NCBI GenBank assembly: GCA_036630325.1
Contig: CP142734.1
Location: forward strand, 248,001 to 312,000
Direction of reading: 5' to 3'
Length of the DNA stretch: 64,000 nt
From: Vairimorpha necatrix
Lineage: Eukaryota
Shown one piece after another: positions 1 through 13,022 of this stretch. The notes under the pieces are model-generated. The model was not told the DNA's origin. It saw only the letters and a list, made by a program, of their open reading frames with translations, and did not search any database. The position numbers were made by a program, and so were the translations under genes. Position 1 is the stretch's first letter; each line of letters begins with the position of its first letter.

Positions 1-1039
1 TGCCACTTTTACAACTTCATGGTTCAAAATAATCGTGTTTATGTTTTACGTTCCCCCGTTGTATAAACATTCAAAAAAACTTGTTTTTATATGGATTATT
101 GAATTCTTTTAAATAAGTCGTCGTTAAATAATACGTATTGAACAATCTCTATATCCATTAATAATTTTATTTCCACATTAAAATGATAAAGCAAATACGA
201 AGGATACCTATTTAATTACATAAATATAAATCTCAGTTTATCTGCTTACAGACTTTACGAGCCGCAACATTACATTTTATTCGATTTCAATTATAGAATC
301 TCCTCGTTGATATCCACGTATAGTTTAAAGTGGTTTATATAAACTTATGGTTAAATTTGGACTTGTAATTTGTTTTTATATGTAATACATATCACGATTT
401 AAGACATTTACATTCTCCCTGTGCCTTATAGTAAGTGCATTAGTCCTATAACCATTTCCATTTTTGAATCCATTAAAATACAATATAAATAAATTAAACA
501 CGTTAGATGAATTTGAATATAAATTTTTAAAAAATAATAATTATGTTTCGCAACATACTAATTTTTTTCTTGTTATGTTTAATGCAAACGAGAATATATC
601 ACAACGTGAGAAATTTAAATGATCTTTCCTACGAAGATTGATTTCAATTATTTACTAGTAAACGAATATAGTAAAATACGGCAATGTTTTTTCTTAAAAT
701 ATTGACGCTTTATTAAAGAACTTTTAACGTATTACAAACAAAGAAAGTTGTGAATGAAATTATTAATAATTAAATATCAACAAGACATGTATAAAAGAGA
801 AGAAAACGGTAGCAAATAATTAATTAACCCCTAATACATAAATTTTAAAAGTAATATATTTTAATAAGCATTAATAAAGTTGCGTTGTTTATGTCATATA
901 TAGACAAAAAGGCATAAAAGTTTTATTCAATATAACTTAATAAATTATTCAAGATTTTATTCAATGATTTTAATATATCAAACTTCTTCTACATATCAAT
1001 ACGATTGTTGTATAACGATTTAAATTGAATACAATTTAT

Positions 1040-1990
1040 TTATATGCCAGTACTATATAAACCTGAAAGAAATGCGGGATAAAATAACACAATTACATAT
1101 AAAAAATTCCCTAATACACTTTCTGAAGTAAATTTCGTAAAATATTCCGAAGAATACCTATAAGGATATGATTTAGCGTTTTTAAGGTTAATTACGTTAT
1201 TTGTTTCTTGTTTAATAAAAACGTTATCTGAAATAAAATTATCATCGTTTTTTTGTTGTCTTGTATTATTATTTTTACTATGTAGTTTAAAATCGCATTT
1301 TCTACTTGCATCTTTCAAATCTTCGTTCGTTGTTTGTTCAATAAATCCAATGTTTAAATTTTTATCTTTCAAAATTTTTGTTTCTAGTTCGCTGGTTTCG
1401 GATAAAACATCATCAAAATTGTAGATATTATTCTCTTGAAAAAAAAATTTCGGACATTTAACAAACAAATCTAGAATTTTTCCACTTACATCTAAACTTT
1501 TTTTCCCCCAAAAATCTAACTTCTTAAAAAATATTCCATTCTCACAATAGTATATTTGAGAATGTGCCCATGATATGGAAGCGTTTTCTTTTTCAGTAAA
1601 AATCACATCAAAATAAAAGCATTTGAAATCATGTATATTAAATTGAGCTTTATAATATCTAACACTATTTATAAAATCACTACGGTAGGTTTCTTCTTTA
1701 GTCTCAAGTGCCAATTTCCTTGTTTTTTCATAATCTTTTTTGTCTATTAAATTCAAAGGAAGTCCTTTGTTTATTGTACATTCAAATTTACTTTTTAGAT
1801 TATCATCTTTTATGTTGGTAATCCAGGTATTTAAAACTTCTGTAAAGATAAAAAAATTGTAATTGGCGATTTTATCAGCTTTCGAGGAAACTCCGACATA
1901 TACATCACAAGTATGATTATCCTCATGCTTTACAAAAAAATATAATGAACAATTTGCAAAAATTATACAAAATAATAGATCTAAAACCAT
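1040..1990 (-). CDS. Lineage-specific hypothetical protein (316 aa) with N-terminal signal-peptide-like and C-terminal hydrophobic segments
   Basis: Long ORF in AT-rich DNA. Start context TTTTATACCCC-ATG carries the CCC motif. Hydrophobic N-terminus MVLDLLFCIIFANCS and hydrophobic C-terminus (FLYVIVLFYPAFLSGL). No recognisable domain. Confidence 0.8.
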   Translation of the reverse strand: MVLDLLFCIIFANCSLYFFVKHEDNHTCDVYVGVSSKADKIANYNFFIFTEVLNTWITNIKDDNLKSKFECTINKGLPLNLIDKKDYEKTRKLALETKEETYRSDFINSVRYYKAQFNIHDFKCFYFDVIFTEKENASISWAHSQIYYCENGIFFKKLDFWGKKSLDVSGKILDLFVKCPKFFFQENNIYNFDDVLSETSELETKILKDKNLNIGFIEQTTNEDLKDASRKCDFKLHSKNNNTRQQKNDDNFISDNVFIKQETNNVINLKNAKSYPYRYSSEYFTKFTSESVLGNFLYVIVLFYPAFLSGLYSTGI

Positions 1991-4279
1991 GGGGTATAAA
2001 ATATGCGAATATATTTACAAAATTCATTTGAACCAATTAATGACATACATTGTATGTTTTTTGTACATTCTGATAAATCAATGAAAAAACATAACTAAAA
2101 AAGGAAAAATAAAATGTTATAGCTCATATTTTATAAAAAAATATGATACTAGCTATGATTTGAAATTCAATAACATTATATTCTATTCAAATTGATTTTT
2201 CGGTGTTTATATTTATTTTTATTTATAATTTATGAAAATGCATAATGCTGTATTATGTTATGATTATCATTTAAGTGTTATTTATAGCTATGATGATTTC
2301 AAAGAGTTTATTGTAAAACGTTTATCTTGTTAAAAAGAGGATATTTTCTGTTAATTTCTCACATATATCATTATAAGTCTATTAACATTATATGAATAAA
2401 GGGAAATTATTGAGATATTAATCATAATATGGCAACGACCAAATATAATTGTAAATTTGAATTATAATAAGTAAAACGCTCTTATACAATTAAGATTTCT
2501 ACTATTTGAATTTATATGCCAATATAAAACTTTAGAATTGTAAAAATTTGACTACATTGCACAAAAAATATTAATATTGTAGAAGTTTTATTTTTTATAA
2601 TGTTTATAATAATTATTGATGTTTGACTTTGATTTGATATCTAATACGTCCTCAACGTTGTTTTTAATATTACTTTGCATGAGTATTAGAAATTGTTATT
2701 TTAATGATGTGACTAAATTAATCTATGGACACATATAGAGTGCTAAATATTTTTGCGAGATTATTAAAGAAAACATTAAATTGAATTCTGTTAAAATAGT
2801 CTTATTTTTTGCAATACGGAATGAAATAGGAGAATTAGTGAGCATGAAATCTTTATTATATATATTTTTATTATTAGTTTATTGAATGGTGCGTTTCGTG
2901 TTATAGTTCGTTCTATTATCAAATAATAGTAAGTGTTAGTTAAAACCAAATATTTTAAGTGTAAAATACATAGTATAATTAATGATTCATATGTAACGGA
3001 CAGGTTATATAGATCAAAAATTAGGTTAAGAAAAAATAAAAGGAATACAGCTTGAAATAAAGGCCGTTTTTACATACTTAATATATTTATATTGTAAAAT
3101 ACAACCATAATTGTAATTTACACGGATTATAAAGTTTAATTTCGTCAGCTTCAATTTAACTAGTTTATTTCAAATTCTTTTACTTTTGATAAAAAACATA
3201 ATTTGGTAAACCATGGCTATGTTCGATCGCCCATAACACTTTCAAGGAGATTTGAGAATAGTAAACTGAAGATTCCCAATCGGTAAAAGAAGGCTCTCAA
3301 ACATTGAATATTCATTAGTTGATTTTATCCACACCAATATGGGCATGATTACCTTTTATTAATGTAGTCAAAAAAGATTTGTACATTTTAACACAAACAC
3401 AATTATGAAACGAAGGAAAAAGATAGAATAGTATTCTCTTGCATTCTAGGAGTCCAAAAAATACTTGAATTTTTTTCATTTATAAAATTTGTATTTTTAG
3501 TTGATTTAAAAGAATCTTTACTATAAAAAAAAAATTTTTTGGTCGAGTCGCATATGAATTAAAAATACACATTGTAAAAAATTTAAGATAAAAAGAGTTC
3601 GACAATGAAATGTAACAGTTTGATATCTAGCACTAAGATTATCCTGTAATCATTCTATTGTAGATACTCATCCAATATATCTGCTTTAAAATATTTACTA
3701 CAAATAATAAATAAATATTTTACTCTTCTAAAAATATTATGAAAGGAGATAAGCTGCTTTTTTTACAATAAACAATGAAAAACGTAATTAAATAAAACTA
3801 AAATCTTGGAAAAAATATTAGTTTACGCAATTAAAGAGAATTTCGGGTTTTTTTATAATTTGAACTGCTAAAAATATCTTAAAACCAACAAATTTTTTTT
3901 ATTAAAACACTCTTTGCTTTTAATTTTTTTAAAAAAGATATATATATTACTAAAATACAAATTTAGCAAGAACGACAGAAACAAGCGGAGGTTAAATAAT
4001 ATATGACGAAGCACGCAGTTTTGAAAAGAAACCGATTCAAATTATTGTCAAAATATGGTGCGATATATGAAAATGTTTGCTTAAGAAAGAATAAAATATT
4101 TAAAAAAAAATAGTTGTTATTTATTGTTTTTTTAATGTTAAATAATCATAAAATTTTAGATTATGAATATAAAAATGAATAACATTTAAAAGATGAGGAG
4201 GGTTTGTGATTTAATACTGGTCTAATTATAAAATTTTAGGCAAAAATTTGCATTTATTGTGACTAAGGTCAAAGCAAGA

Positions 4280-5810
4280 AATTGATCATTATTTATAAAA
4301 ATATTCAGAGAACCACGGAGTTCATAGGGATATTTAGAATAGGTCCAGAAATAGGTATTTTATATTTTAACACGACTAACAACGTTTAAAATTAGCAAAA
4401 ATTGAGGACGAAAGAAACGAACATGCAAGAAGAGGCAGATAATTTTAGATTTTTTGTAAAAAAACGTCTATAATGTGACATACAAATTTATAAGATTTAA
4501 GAATAGTCATGATACGGATCAATGTAAGATAAATCTAAAATAAACTTTTTTTAGGAAAATTATAGCAAAATACCAAAGGAAAGATATATTGAAGCTTGAT
4601 TGATCTACGACTATATACGTTTTCCATAAAGGGTCTAGATAGTTATTGCATATTGTGATTTCTTTACAGAATTTTTGAGCGATACCAATACGGGTTACAT
4701 CCAGAGATCAATGTAAAAGATGCCTTTGGAACCTGTCTAGACCTTGGGTTCTTGTTATATACCTCATAATGATGAAGTTGAGACTTTTTGTAAATCGTGT
4801 AGTATCGATTTATGTCAGAAATATGAGCAACATTCATAAGTGAAGAGTTAGATGTCTATGGTTACGATTACCGATAGAAAAAATTCAATCGATCACAAAA
4901 AGTAAATATCTAATATATTTCTAATAAAACATTTGAGGCATTAAAAGATTTATGAAAAGAAATTATTTTGGGCTGTAGGATTTAAAGACATTCTACTCTG
5001 AAGAACAAGATTTTGTATGGGGTTTGATATACCTATTACGACATAATTGACGAGTTATTACTCTCACATATTTAGAATTGATTCTTTTAATAAATGACGA
5101 AGAGGAGTGTGAGAACGAAGAACGACTAAAGAAAAGTTTATCCGATGTTTAAGGAGCAAACACTAATTTATATATATCAAAAATATATTCTTCGAATAAC
5201 TAAACCTCTCTCTGAATGAAATTTAGTAAAATGTAGTGAGAATAGATGCACAAAGTATTACAGATGAAATGATATAAAGAAGTACTTGTAGAAAAATTTG
5301 CATAGAGTATAGGGTGAGATTATTTCAATAAATTACACATAACAACATTGTAATTCAAGAATTTATCTTTATGAACATTAGAGTCAATAGCTTATATTGT
5401 AAAAACAAATTACACTTCAAAAAAATTGAAATATGCTAACAAATTAATTTTTAATTATTATGGAAAAATATGTATAAAGTATCTGAGATAACTTGATAAT
5501 AAGTATAGCAGAAAATATTGTTTTTAATTTTTTTTTGTTTTTTAGAAAAATTCAAAGGTAAAAGAAAAACAAAAATATACCCATCAAAAGTTTGCTCTAT
5601 TTTTCAACCAATAATTAAAGATGGCCTATTAAAGGTGTATTTATCTTCTCACTTCAACTGAACAGTTTTTTGGTCTTTCAATACTTGAGATAGCTACGAA
5701 CTAGGACTTGTATTACTAGAAAAAAAAATTATTGCATTATTAAAAAATATATTGTTTTAATTAAAGCATACATAAGAAATTGTGTAGGGTTTTGATAGGG
5801 GAGGAGAGTC
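4280..5810 (+). mobile_element. Highly degenerate Ty3/gypsy-like remnant
   Basis: Purine-rich + strand, MPFG-like RT fragment (ATGCCTTTGGA ~4720) and a PPT-like GATAGGGGAGGAGAG ~5795. No intact ORF. Boundaries approximate. Confidence 0.3.
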
Positions 5811-6743
5811 GATTAAATATTGCACAATAAAGAATATTGAATAAATGAATCTTAATAAAACATATTTAATGACGAATTTAAGAAGAATTATAAAAAGCTA
5901 TGACATTTTAGTATAAGAATTTTTTTGAATAAGTCAATTTAATAGATCAAAAACAAATACGTTGTTAATAGAAACATAAGACTAATGAGAGTATGATAGA
6001 GTTAAATCATATTTTCAATACTATTTTATTAATTGAAAAATTAAAATGAGTGATTAAAATACACAAAAGTCATCCATATAACATTTTTGACAGTTTTGTG
6101 ATGTACGTACAATAATAAAAAATTAATATTGCCTTTGAAGATAATTATGCGAATTAAACGGTATATTCTATGAATGGACTTCAATGATAAATAAAACTAG
6201 AATAATTTTAAAAATTAGACTAACATAATTAGAATTTCATTAAATACTGGCAATTCATAAATAATAAAAATCGGTTTTGTTTACAGTTATGATGGATTAT
6301 GTAAACCAATATCAACTGAGGATTCTAAACTATTTCCCCCTCCAGACACATAGTCTCTCTATCGTAAACATCTCTTCTTTATCTCTTTCAAATCATAATA
6401 CCTTTTTAAAGATTTTACAATATAAAAAATTCACAATATATGAATCATTTTTCCTTCAAGCTACGATCCTTCTGAGGCCTGTGAACCTTCCCCGTCTGCT
6501 TTCATTCGTGTACCTAAATTTTCTCTGCTAGCGATTATTGTTTCTTGGCCTTCTCTAAATGTCTCTCTGTGTCTTCTCTTAATTCGGCTAGCAGATTCCC
6601 CATTTAATTATTTCCAATTACAACTTCAGCACTTTGATCTAACTAAGCTTCCATTAGCGTACATTTTATTGCTGTATGTAGAGTTTTATTATATACTTTA
6701 GATTTTCTTTCTATGTTCTCAGCAATTTTTTATTCCTTTAACT

Positions 6744-8088
6744 CGGGGGTCGGCAACCTTTTTGAAATAAAGTTCGAAATGGGCAATTTCAAAATCTTTA
6801 AACGAAAAACGAGCTTAAGCTCTTATAAATATTTTAGAAAATTAAAAAAATGCTCTGGAAATCTTTTTAAAAAAAACATTTCGTAGCGAAAAATACGATT
6901 ATGATTTTTTTCAGTATTTTTTCAAAGATAGGCATCTTTAACAAGTATAAATTTTTTATATTAAAACGAAAATTATTATTAAATTTTTTTTTACAAGAGT
7001 TTTCTTAATGTTTTTAAAGAATCGATAAAAAATAAATTTAATGGTTTTATATAGATTTAATAGACATTGTTTTGACAAGAATACGTAGCAACTTTCTTTA
7101 TAATTACTACGAAAAGAGGTTTAAATTTTGTTTTCGATTAAATCTGATAAATAACAAAAATTAACTACGTGTATAGAAATACTAAGAAACAATATTTTTT
7201 AATGAGAAACTTGATTTTGCATGTCATCTGCAATTTATCATAATTAATAATATGAGATGAATTGGCAGCTCTTAAACAGTTATCTAAATGTTTGTTTGTA
7301 AGTTTTGTTCGAAATTTTGATTTTAAATACGTCATATTTGAAAAGAGCTTCACTATTATATGTGGTTTCACAATATGAAAATATTTTGAGTTGCACTATT
7401 TCTTAAAATGGGAAAACTATTATCTGAAACTAATTTCCAAAAGTCCTTGTCTAAATAATGAGATTTTTAAACTATATCATTCTTCAAATTAGTAATTTCA
7501 ATTTCAAAGTCTTCCATGTTAACTATATGAAAAAAAATAGAAAATTTTAACTGGTAAATCAGAATCAAAAACATTAAAATAATCAACAAAAAATGGAATT
7601 AATTCCTCTAATGATCGTAAATCATGAATTCTGTTAGAAAACTCAATCAGTAATAAATCTATTGCGCCTATGTACGATGTAGGATCGATTTCATGGATAC
7701 TTAAATTTATTTTTTTAATTATTAACTTAGTATTTTGAAAATGAGATAATGATTTCTTCATTAAATGTATTTTTAAAAGTTCTAACTTATTTGCAAAAGA
7801 ATAATTAAGCTTATCATATCTGCAATATATGAATTCTTTTGTTGTAATTTTGAATTTAGTTCGTTAAATTTCATTGTGATATCCGCTAAAAATCCAAGAT
7901 CTAATAGTCAATTTTTGTTTTCTAATTCTATATAAGTTTCATTTCTCATTGCAATAAATTCCTGTATTTGGGGTAAAAGCTTAATAAAGCGTTCAAGAAC
8001 TTTGTTTCGGCTAAGCCATCTCACTTCTGTATGAAGAACTAAATTTTTAAAATCTCCGTTTTCTTCCCCCATAAGCTGCTTCAACAGA
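6744..8088 (-). mobile_element. Truncated hAT DNA transposon (Buster/SPIN/GTF2IRD2-like transposase, 3' half)
   Basis: Fragments contain LHTEVRWLSRNKVLERF (7908-8088) and hATC dimerisation-like FSNMTYLKSKFRTKLTNKHLDNCLR (7165-7371). Terminal CGGGGGTCGGCAACCTTTT at 6744 resembles Buster-type TIRs. The 5' half is missing. Confidence 0.85.
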
Positions 8089-8875
8089 GGTGCCCTTAGC
8101 ACAGTGGTAGAATGCTATGCTTCCATTGAGCAATGGCTGGGTTTGATTCCAAGAGGCACCAAAATTGTTTCTACTTACTATGATGCAGTCGGAACAACTC
8201 GGATGAAGAAAATGTCCACGATAATCATTAAGTTGATTCAATGAAACTTGTGTGTGTCCAGCCACAAGGGGATTGGCATCTAGTGTAGAAACGCACCTCA
8301 AAGCCAAAAAGCAAAACAGCCCATTGGTGACTTAATGATACATAAAAGTATCCGATGGGTACGGCCCAGTTGGAGCCCATGGTTGGTGCACTCTAAAGTA
8401 AGATCCTAGAGCTAACTAAGAGACTAGACAAAATAGGGCAATAGAAGGTAATGTGGGCCCTAGTCTACAAGATTTTTAACATGGCAGCCGAAACTAGTGG
8501 GAAACTACAGGTCAATACAGCCCAATAAAAACGCCAGGCTAGTTATGTGGTCGTATAAGGATCCGTGTGTGCAATACAGATGATTGTAGGGACCTTTGAG
8601 TCAGTACGATGATGTCTCTTCTTGGGTTATAGTTAACCATGCCCGTTAAGTATATCCGCTGTGAGGTCACTCTGGACGCGATTTGAAGTATAAATGGAAA
8701 GTGTTCTCCTGGAGCCAAAGTCCAATGGATACGGCGGAGCTTGCTGCACCGGTAAGTTGTATGGAGGGAGTTTTAGTAAGTAAGAATCTCACTGTACCAG
8801 TTGGATGAGGATCACACCCAAATTCCTCTGGTCCCTAAGTAAGGTTTCTCCCTACCTCTTACTTGCAAGAAAACC
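8089..8875 (+). mobile_element. tRNA-headed SINE-like insertion (~790 bp)
   Basis: 8089-8161 folds as a degenerate tRNA: acceptor GGTGCC/GGCACC-A, A box TAGCACAGTGG, B box-like GGTTTGATTCC. It is followed by a non-coding body visibly more GC-rich than its flanks, and it starts where the hAT reading frame breaks off. The 3' end is approximate. Confidence 0.6.
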
Positions 8876-10600
8876 AAATTTATCTATGTAATCAATGAGA
8901 TAAAAATTTGATGGCTAGAGCGGTATTAGCTTGATTTACGCAACATTCACTTTTATGTTAATCTGAGTTTTTTAGCCAAATCTTAAAAGACTTTTCTGTT
9001 AAGTCCGCCTTCCACACATAATTAAGATTTATTTCTTTTAGCCTTGATTAAAAAGAGTTGAAACGAAAAAAGCAAAGGAGAAAAAACCAAAAAATAATAG
9101 TTAACATAAAATAGTGGTTAACTCAAAGCAATAAAATATTTTGCATTTTTTTCAGCTTTTGAATACACCCTTCTAGAAAAATCAAGACTCATTTCTATCG
9201 AGAATATTTATTATAGTGAATTACAACAAAGTAAATAATATTATGTAATAAGTGTAATATATTTTTTAGACTTCATGTTATTTCTGACTATAATTATTGT
9301 TTGATCACAAACATTAAATTTGTTTTTTTCATAAGTCTATGTAAAACTAATGAATTATATATTGAAAAATTAAAGAATATAATAAAAAAGTGATATTATG
9401 TCTCTGTAAAATATTTTAAACACCATTGTATAAATTTCAACATGTTTAAGATTAACAAAAACTAATAATAATGTCACGGGAATGTAAAGTTAAATATAGT
9501 TTCAGATATACATATCTTTTTAATGTTAATTTTCGAAAAGAATTTATGGAGGGTATTATAATTTTTTTATATCACATGCTCAAATCAGATCTCAAAAGTT
9601 TATTTTTGTATTTTGTAATTTTTTATTTCCTTATACCCGTTCTGACCATTTTAATTTTATGATTCGCGGTTAAAAAAATATAAATAAAAAAAGTTTTTTG
9701 TATGTATAAACCAACTCTCCTACTAGTCCTTTTAAAATTTCATTTATAATTTAAAGATATATCAACTTTAGAGTCAAAGTATTTCGTATGTATTATTAAT
9801 TATTAAACTTTAAATAAACGTTAAAAAACGGGATTAAAACTAAGAAAAAAATCGTCGCAAATTTAATATCAATATATTTTAACTCTATTTACATTGATCT
9901 TGCAACAAAAAAAGAAAATAAATATGCTTTGGCCATGAAATTAAGATAATTGACAAATATTTGGATCAAAATATCTACAAGATAGGCTTTGAACTTGACG
10001 TTCAATATAGTTCAACTCTAAAAAAAAAGTTCAAAAAGGAGTTGTAAAGAAATTCCTGTGGTATTATTTGACACATTAATTTATTTATCTCAAAATTAAT
10101 TTTCTAGAAAATATTCGCTATAAATACTTTCTTTTTTTTACTTATCGATCTTTAAATGAGAAGAGAACAGAGAGTCTACAATGATAACGGGAGGGTATCT
10201 AGCACCCTACCCCATCAAAAGAGGAACTATGCAAGTCCACGGGGCACTTAAATAAACATAATTTAAATAAAAATATACTTTATAATATTGCAGGGAGGAG
10301 CATCTAAGAATTCCACAAACAAACAGGCCGACTCCCCGGTGGTAACACCACAATTGCCAACTTCTAACTTCTTTTTTTCAGTCTAGAAAAAATTTTAAAT
10401 TATTAAAAAGAAAATTAAAATATTCTTCTAAGTTCTGCTTTAAGTTTTATTGATAAACAGAAATTTAAAATTCATTATTGAAGCATGTTGGTATAACCCC
10501 TTTTTGACGCAGCCGTCAATTATTTCTAGCTTCTTATTATTTCTCAGGGGGATAGCAAAGCAAAAAGGATAACTCGATTAGCAAGTGTTGTACGCAAGAC

Positions 10601-10727
10601 TGTTATTAGAAAACATGGGGTTATTTATTTACTGAATTTATAGTCCAAATGTCACATGTCAAATATCTTGTGTCAAATGTCATTTGATAAATAATTGTAT
10701 GTCATTTGACATGTTATACTTTCAACA
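10601..10727 (-). repeat. 3' LTR of element A
   Basis: TG...CA direct repeat of 14078-14204, directly preceded by the PPT on the minus strand. Confidence 0.95.
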
Positions 10728-10739
10728 CTCTTCCCCCTT

Positions 10740-13022
10740 TCAAAAAATATACTTCCTTAAGTTTCTTAAACTCGAGGTTATTATTTTTCCATTTGCTAAC
10801 TTTATTTCGGCCGATCCAAATTTCTTAGAAATAACAGTTCCGCTAAAAGTATAATCCGCTTCCAATTTATGTTCTTTCCCGATTGGGTGATGATAGAGTA
10901 TTTTATCCCCCACTTGAATTTCCTCTTGAGTCCGACTCCTTTTACCTTTACAATAACTTGTTTTGTAACGTTTTATATAATACCTTTGCTGCTTTGACAT
11001 TCTTTTATTTGATCACATTTCCCGAGGTGAGCAGCCTATCCCGCGGTGAAATGAGTTAAGGTACCCGTCCAAAGTCTTACCTATGCACTTTACCCAGTCT
11101 ATCCTTCCAAAATTCGATACTTTTTTCAGCTTCTCTACGTACGTCCTATTGAATCTCTCTACTAATCCCGTAGTCGTCGGCGAGTAAGGAGCTCCTAGCC
11201 TCCATTCGATCTTGTATTTCATAGATAATTCTTTTATGCTATGATTTACGAATTCCTTTCCATTATCCGAAATAATAATCTCTGGGACTCCGTACTTTGA
11301 AATGGTTTCTTCGATTCTTCTTCGCGTTTCGCCTGCATCCTTTGATCGTAACGGAATTACGTTTGCGACCTTTGAAAAGTGGTCGATTATCGTTAATATA
11401 TACCTATATCCCCGTTGGCTTGGGGGAGTGGACCTACTATGTCTATCTCCCATATCTCGTTTGGTTTAGATGAATTAACTGAAATAATACTTTTTCTTAT
11501 ATAGTATGATCCCATTTGCTGACATTGGAGACATCTTCTTATTACGTTTTCCACTTCCCTATCTAAATTTTTTATTTTCGTTCCTCGTAAAGCGTACATC
11601 ATTGCTTTCTTTGATCCGTGGGCTAAGCGATCGTGCGTTTCTTGCACCAACTCTGTCACATTCCTTTGTTCCTTTACGTTGTTAATTGTTTCGCCCATCA
11701 TTCTACTCAGGCAGTCACTTGGGTTATTCTCCCTTTTGATATGCTCGATCTCCATATCGTATTCCTGCAAGTATAACGCCCACCTTGCAAACTTTGTTTT
11801 CATGTTTGTACTCTTAAACAGATACTTTATGGCACTATGGTCTGTTTTAAGCAGAAAATTTTTTCCTATGAGATAGTGTCTATAATGATCGATTGCTTTA
11901 ATCACCGCCAGTAACTCTTTCTCGGTTGTCGAATAGTTTTTTTTCTGCCTTTGAATGAACTTTCGAATAATAACTTATGACTCTTTCTTTTCCTTCCTGT
12001 ATCTGTGATAATATTGCTCCTGATCCAAGGTCTGAAGCATCAGTAGTTAAAATAAATCTTTCGTTTAAATTCGGCATTGCAAGTATTTGAGTTTGTCCAA
12101 TGTTTTCTTTTAACCCTTCGATAGCTTTTACGTATTTATTTTCGATGACAATCTTTTTCCAGTCAACGTCTGAGTTCTTCTTTATAAGCCCATATAGATA
12201 TGCCGTCTCTTTTGATAAGTTTTTTATAAATTTACTGCAATAATTGATTGTGCCTAAGAACGATTCTAACTCTTTTCTATTCTGGGGGATTTTAAGTTCT
12301 TAAATAGCCTTTATTCTTTCCGGATCAATCCTTACTCCTCTGTGATCCACTACATGGCCTAATATGTGAATTTGTCTCTTTTCATATTCGCATTTTTTCT
12401 CGTTAAGTTTCAATCCCGCCAAGCTAATTAGTTCTAACACTTTCCTGACATGTTCCTTGCGTTCTTCTAACGATTTGCTGTATATAATAACATCGTCCAT
12501 ATAAGCCATAGCAAATTTTCCTAAATATGGTCTCATCATTCTGTTCATCGTTCTTTGGAACGTTGCCGGTGCGTTTACAAGACCAAAGGGCATGTATAAG
12601 AATTCATAAAGTTCGCCTCCGCATGCAAACGCAGTCTTTTCAATATCCTTTATATTCATTTTGATTTGGTGGTATCCCGAGAGCGCATCAAGTTTAGTAA
12701 AAAAGGTAGCTCCATGCAGGGAATCCAATATTTCATCTACTCGGGGCATAGGGTAAGAGTCTTTGATGGTAATTTCATTGAGTTTTCTGTAATCAACGCA
12801 TAGTCAATAGTCACCACTTTTTTTCTTTGCAAGTACTACTGGGCTCCGCCACGGGCTATTAGATTCCCTTATAATGCCCTCTCTTAAGTACTGTTGGACA
12901 ATCTTCTTTGCTTCTTTTTCTGCTTCCAGCCCTAGTCTGTAACAGGCACTTGTTATTGGAGGAAGGTCTTGTGTGATAATTTTATGTTCTCCAAGCTTAT
13001 TATTTTCCGTATTCTCTTCTGT
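10740..13022 (-). pseudogene. pol of element A (RT, RNase H, integrase), disrupted
   Basis: RT motifs SPWRSP, LDALSGYHQ, MPFGL, YMDD. RNase H TDAS and TDHSA. Integrase zinc finger (H..H..CLQC) plus IDHFSK, SDNGKEF, ERFNRT. In-frame stops and frameshifts split it into several ORFs. Confidence 0.9.

Noticed and set aside
8089-8161. Functional tRNA gene
   Set aside because: Bulged acceptor, TTT instead of TTC in the T loop, no U33 and no immediate terminator. It fits a SINE head better.
10230-10250. RNase MRP/P RNA (GCAAGTCCACGGGGCAC resembles conserved regions)
   Set aside because: No complementary partner for the P4 helix was found at a suitable distance.
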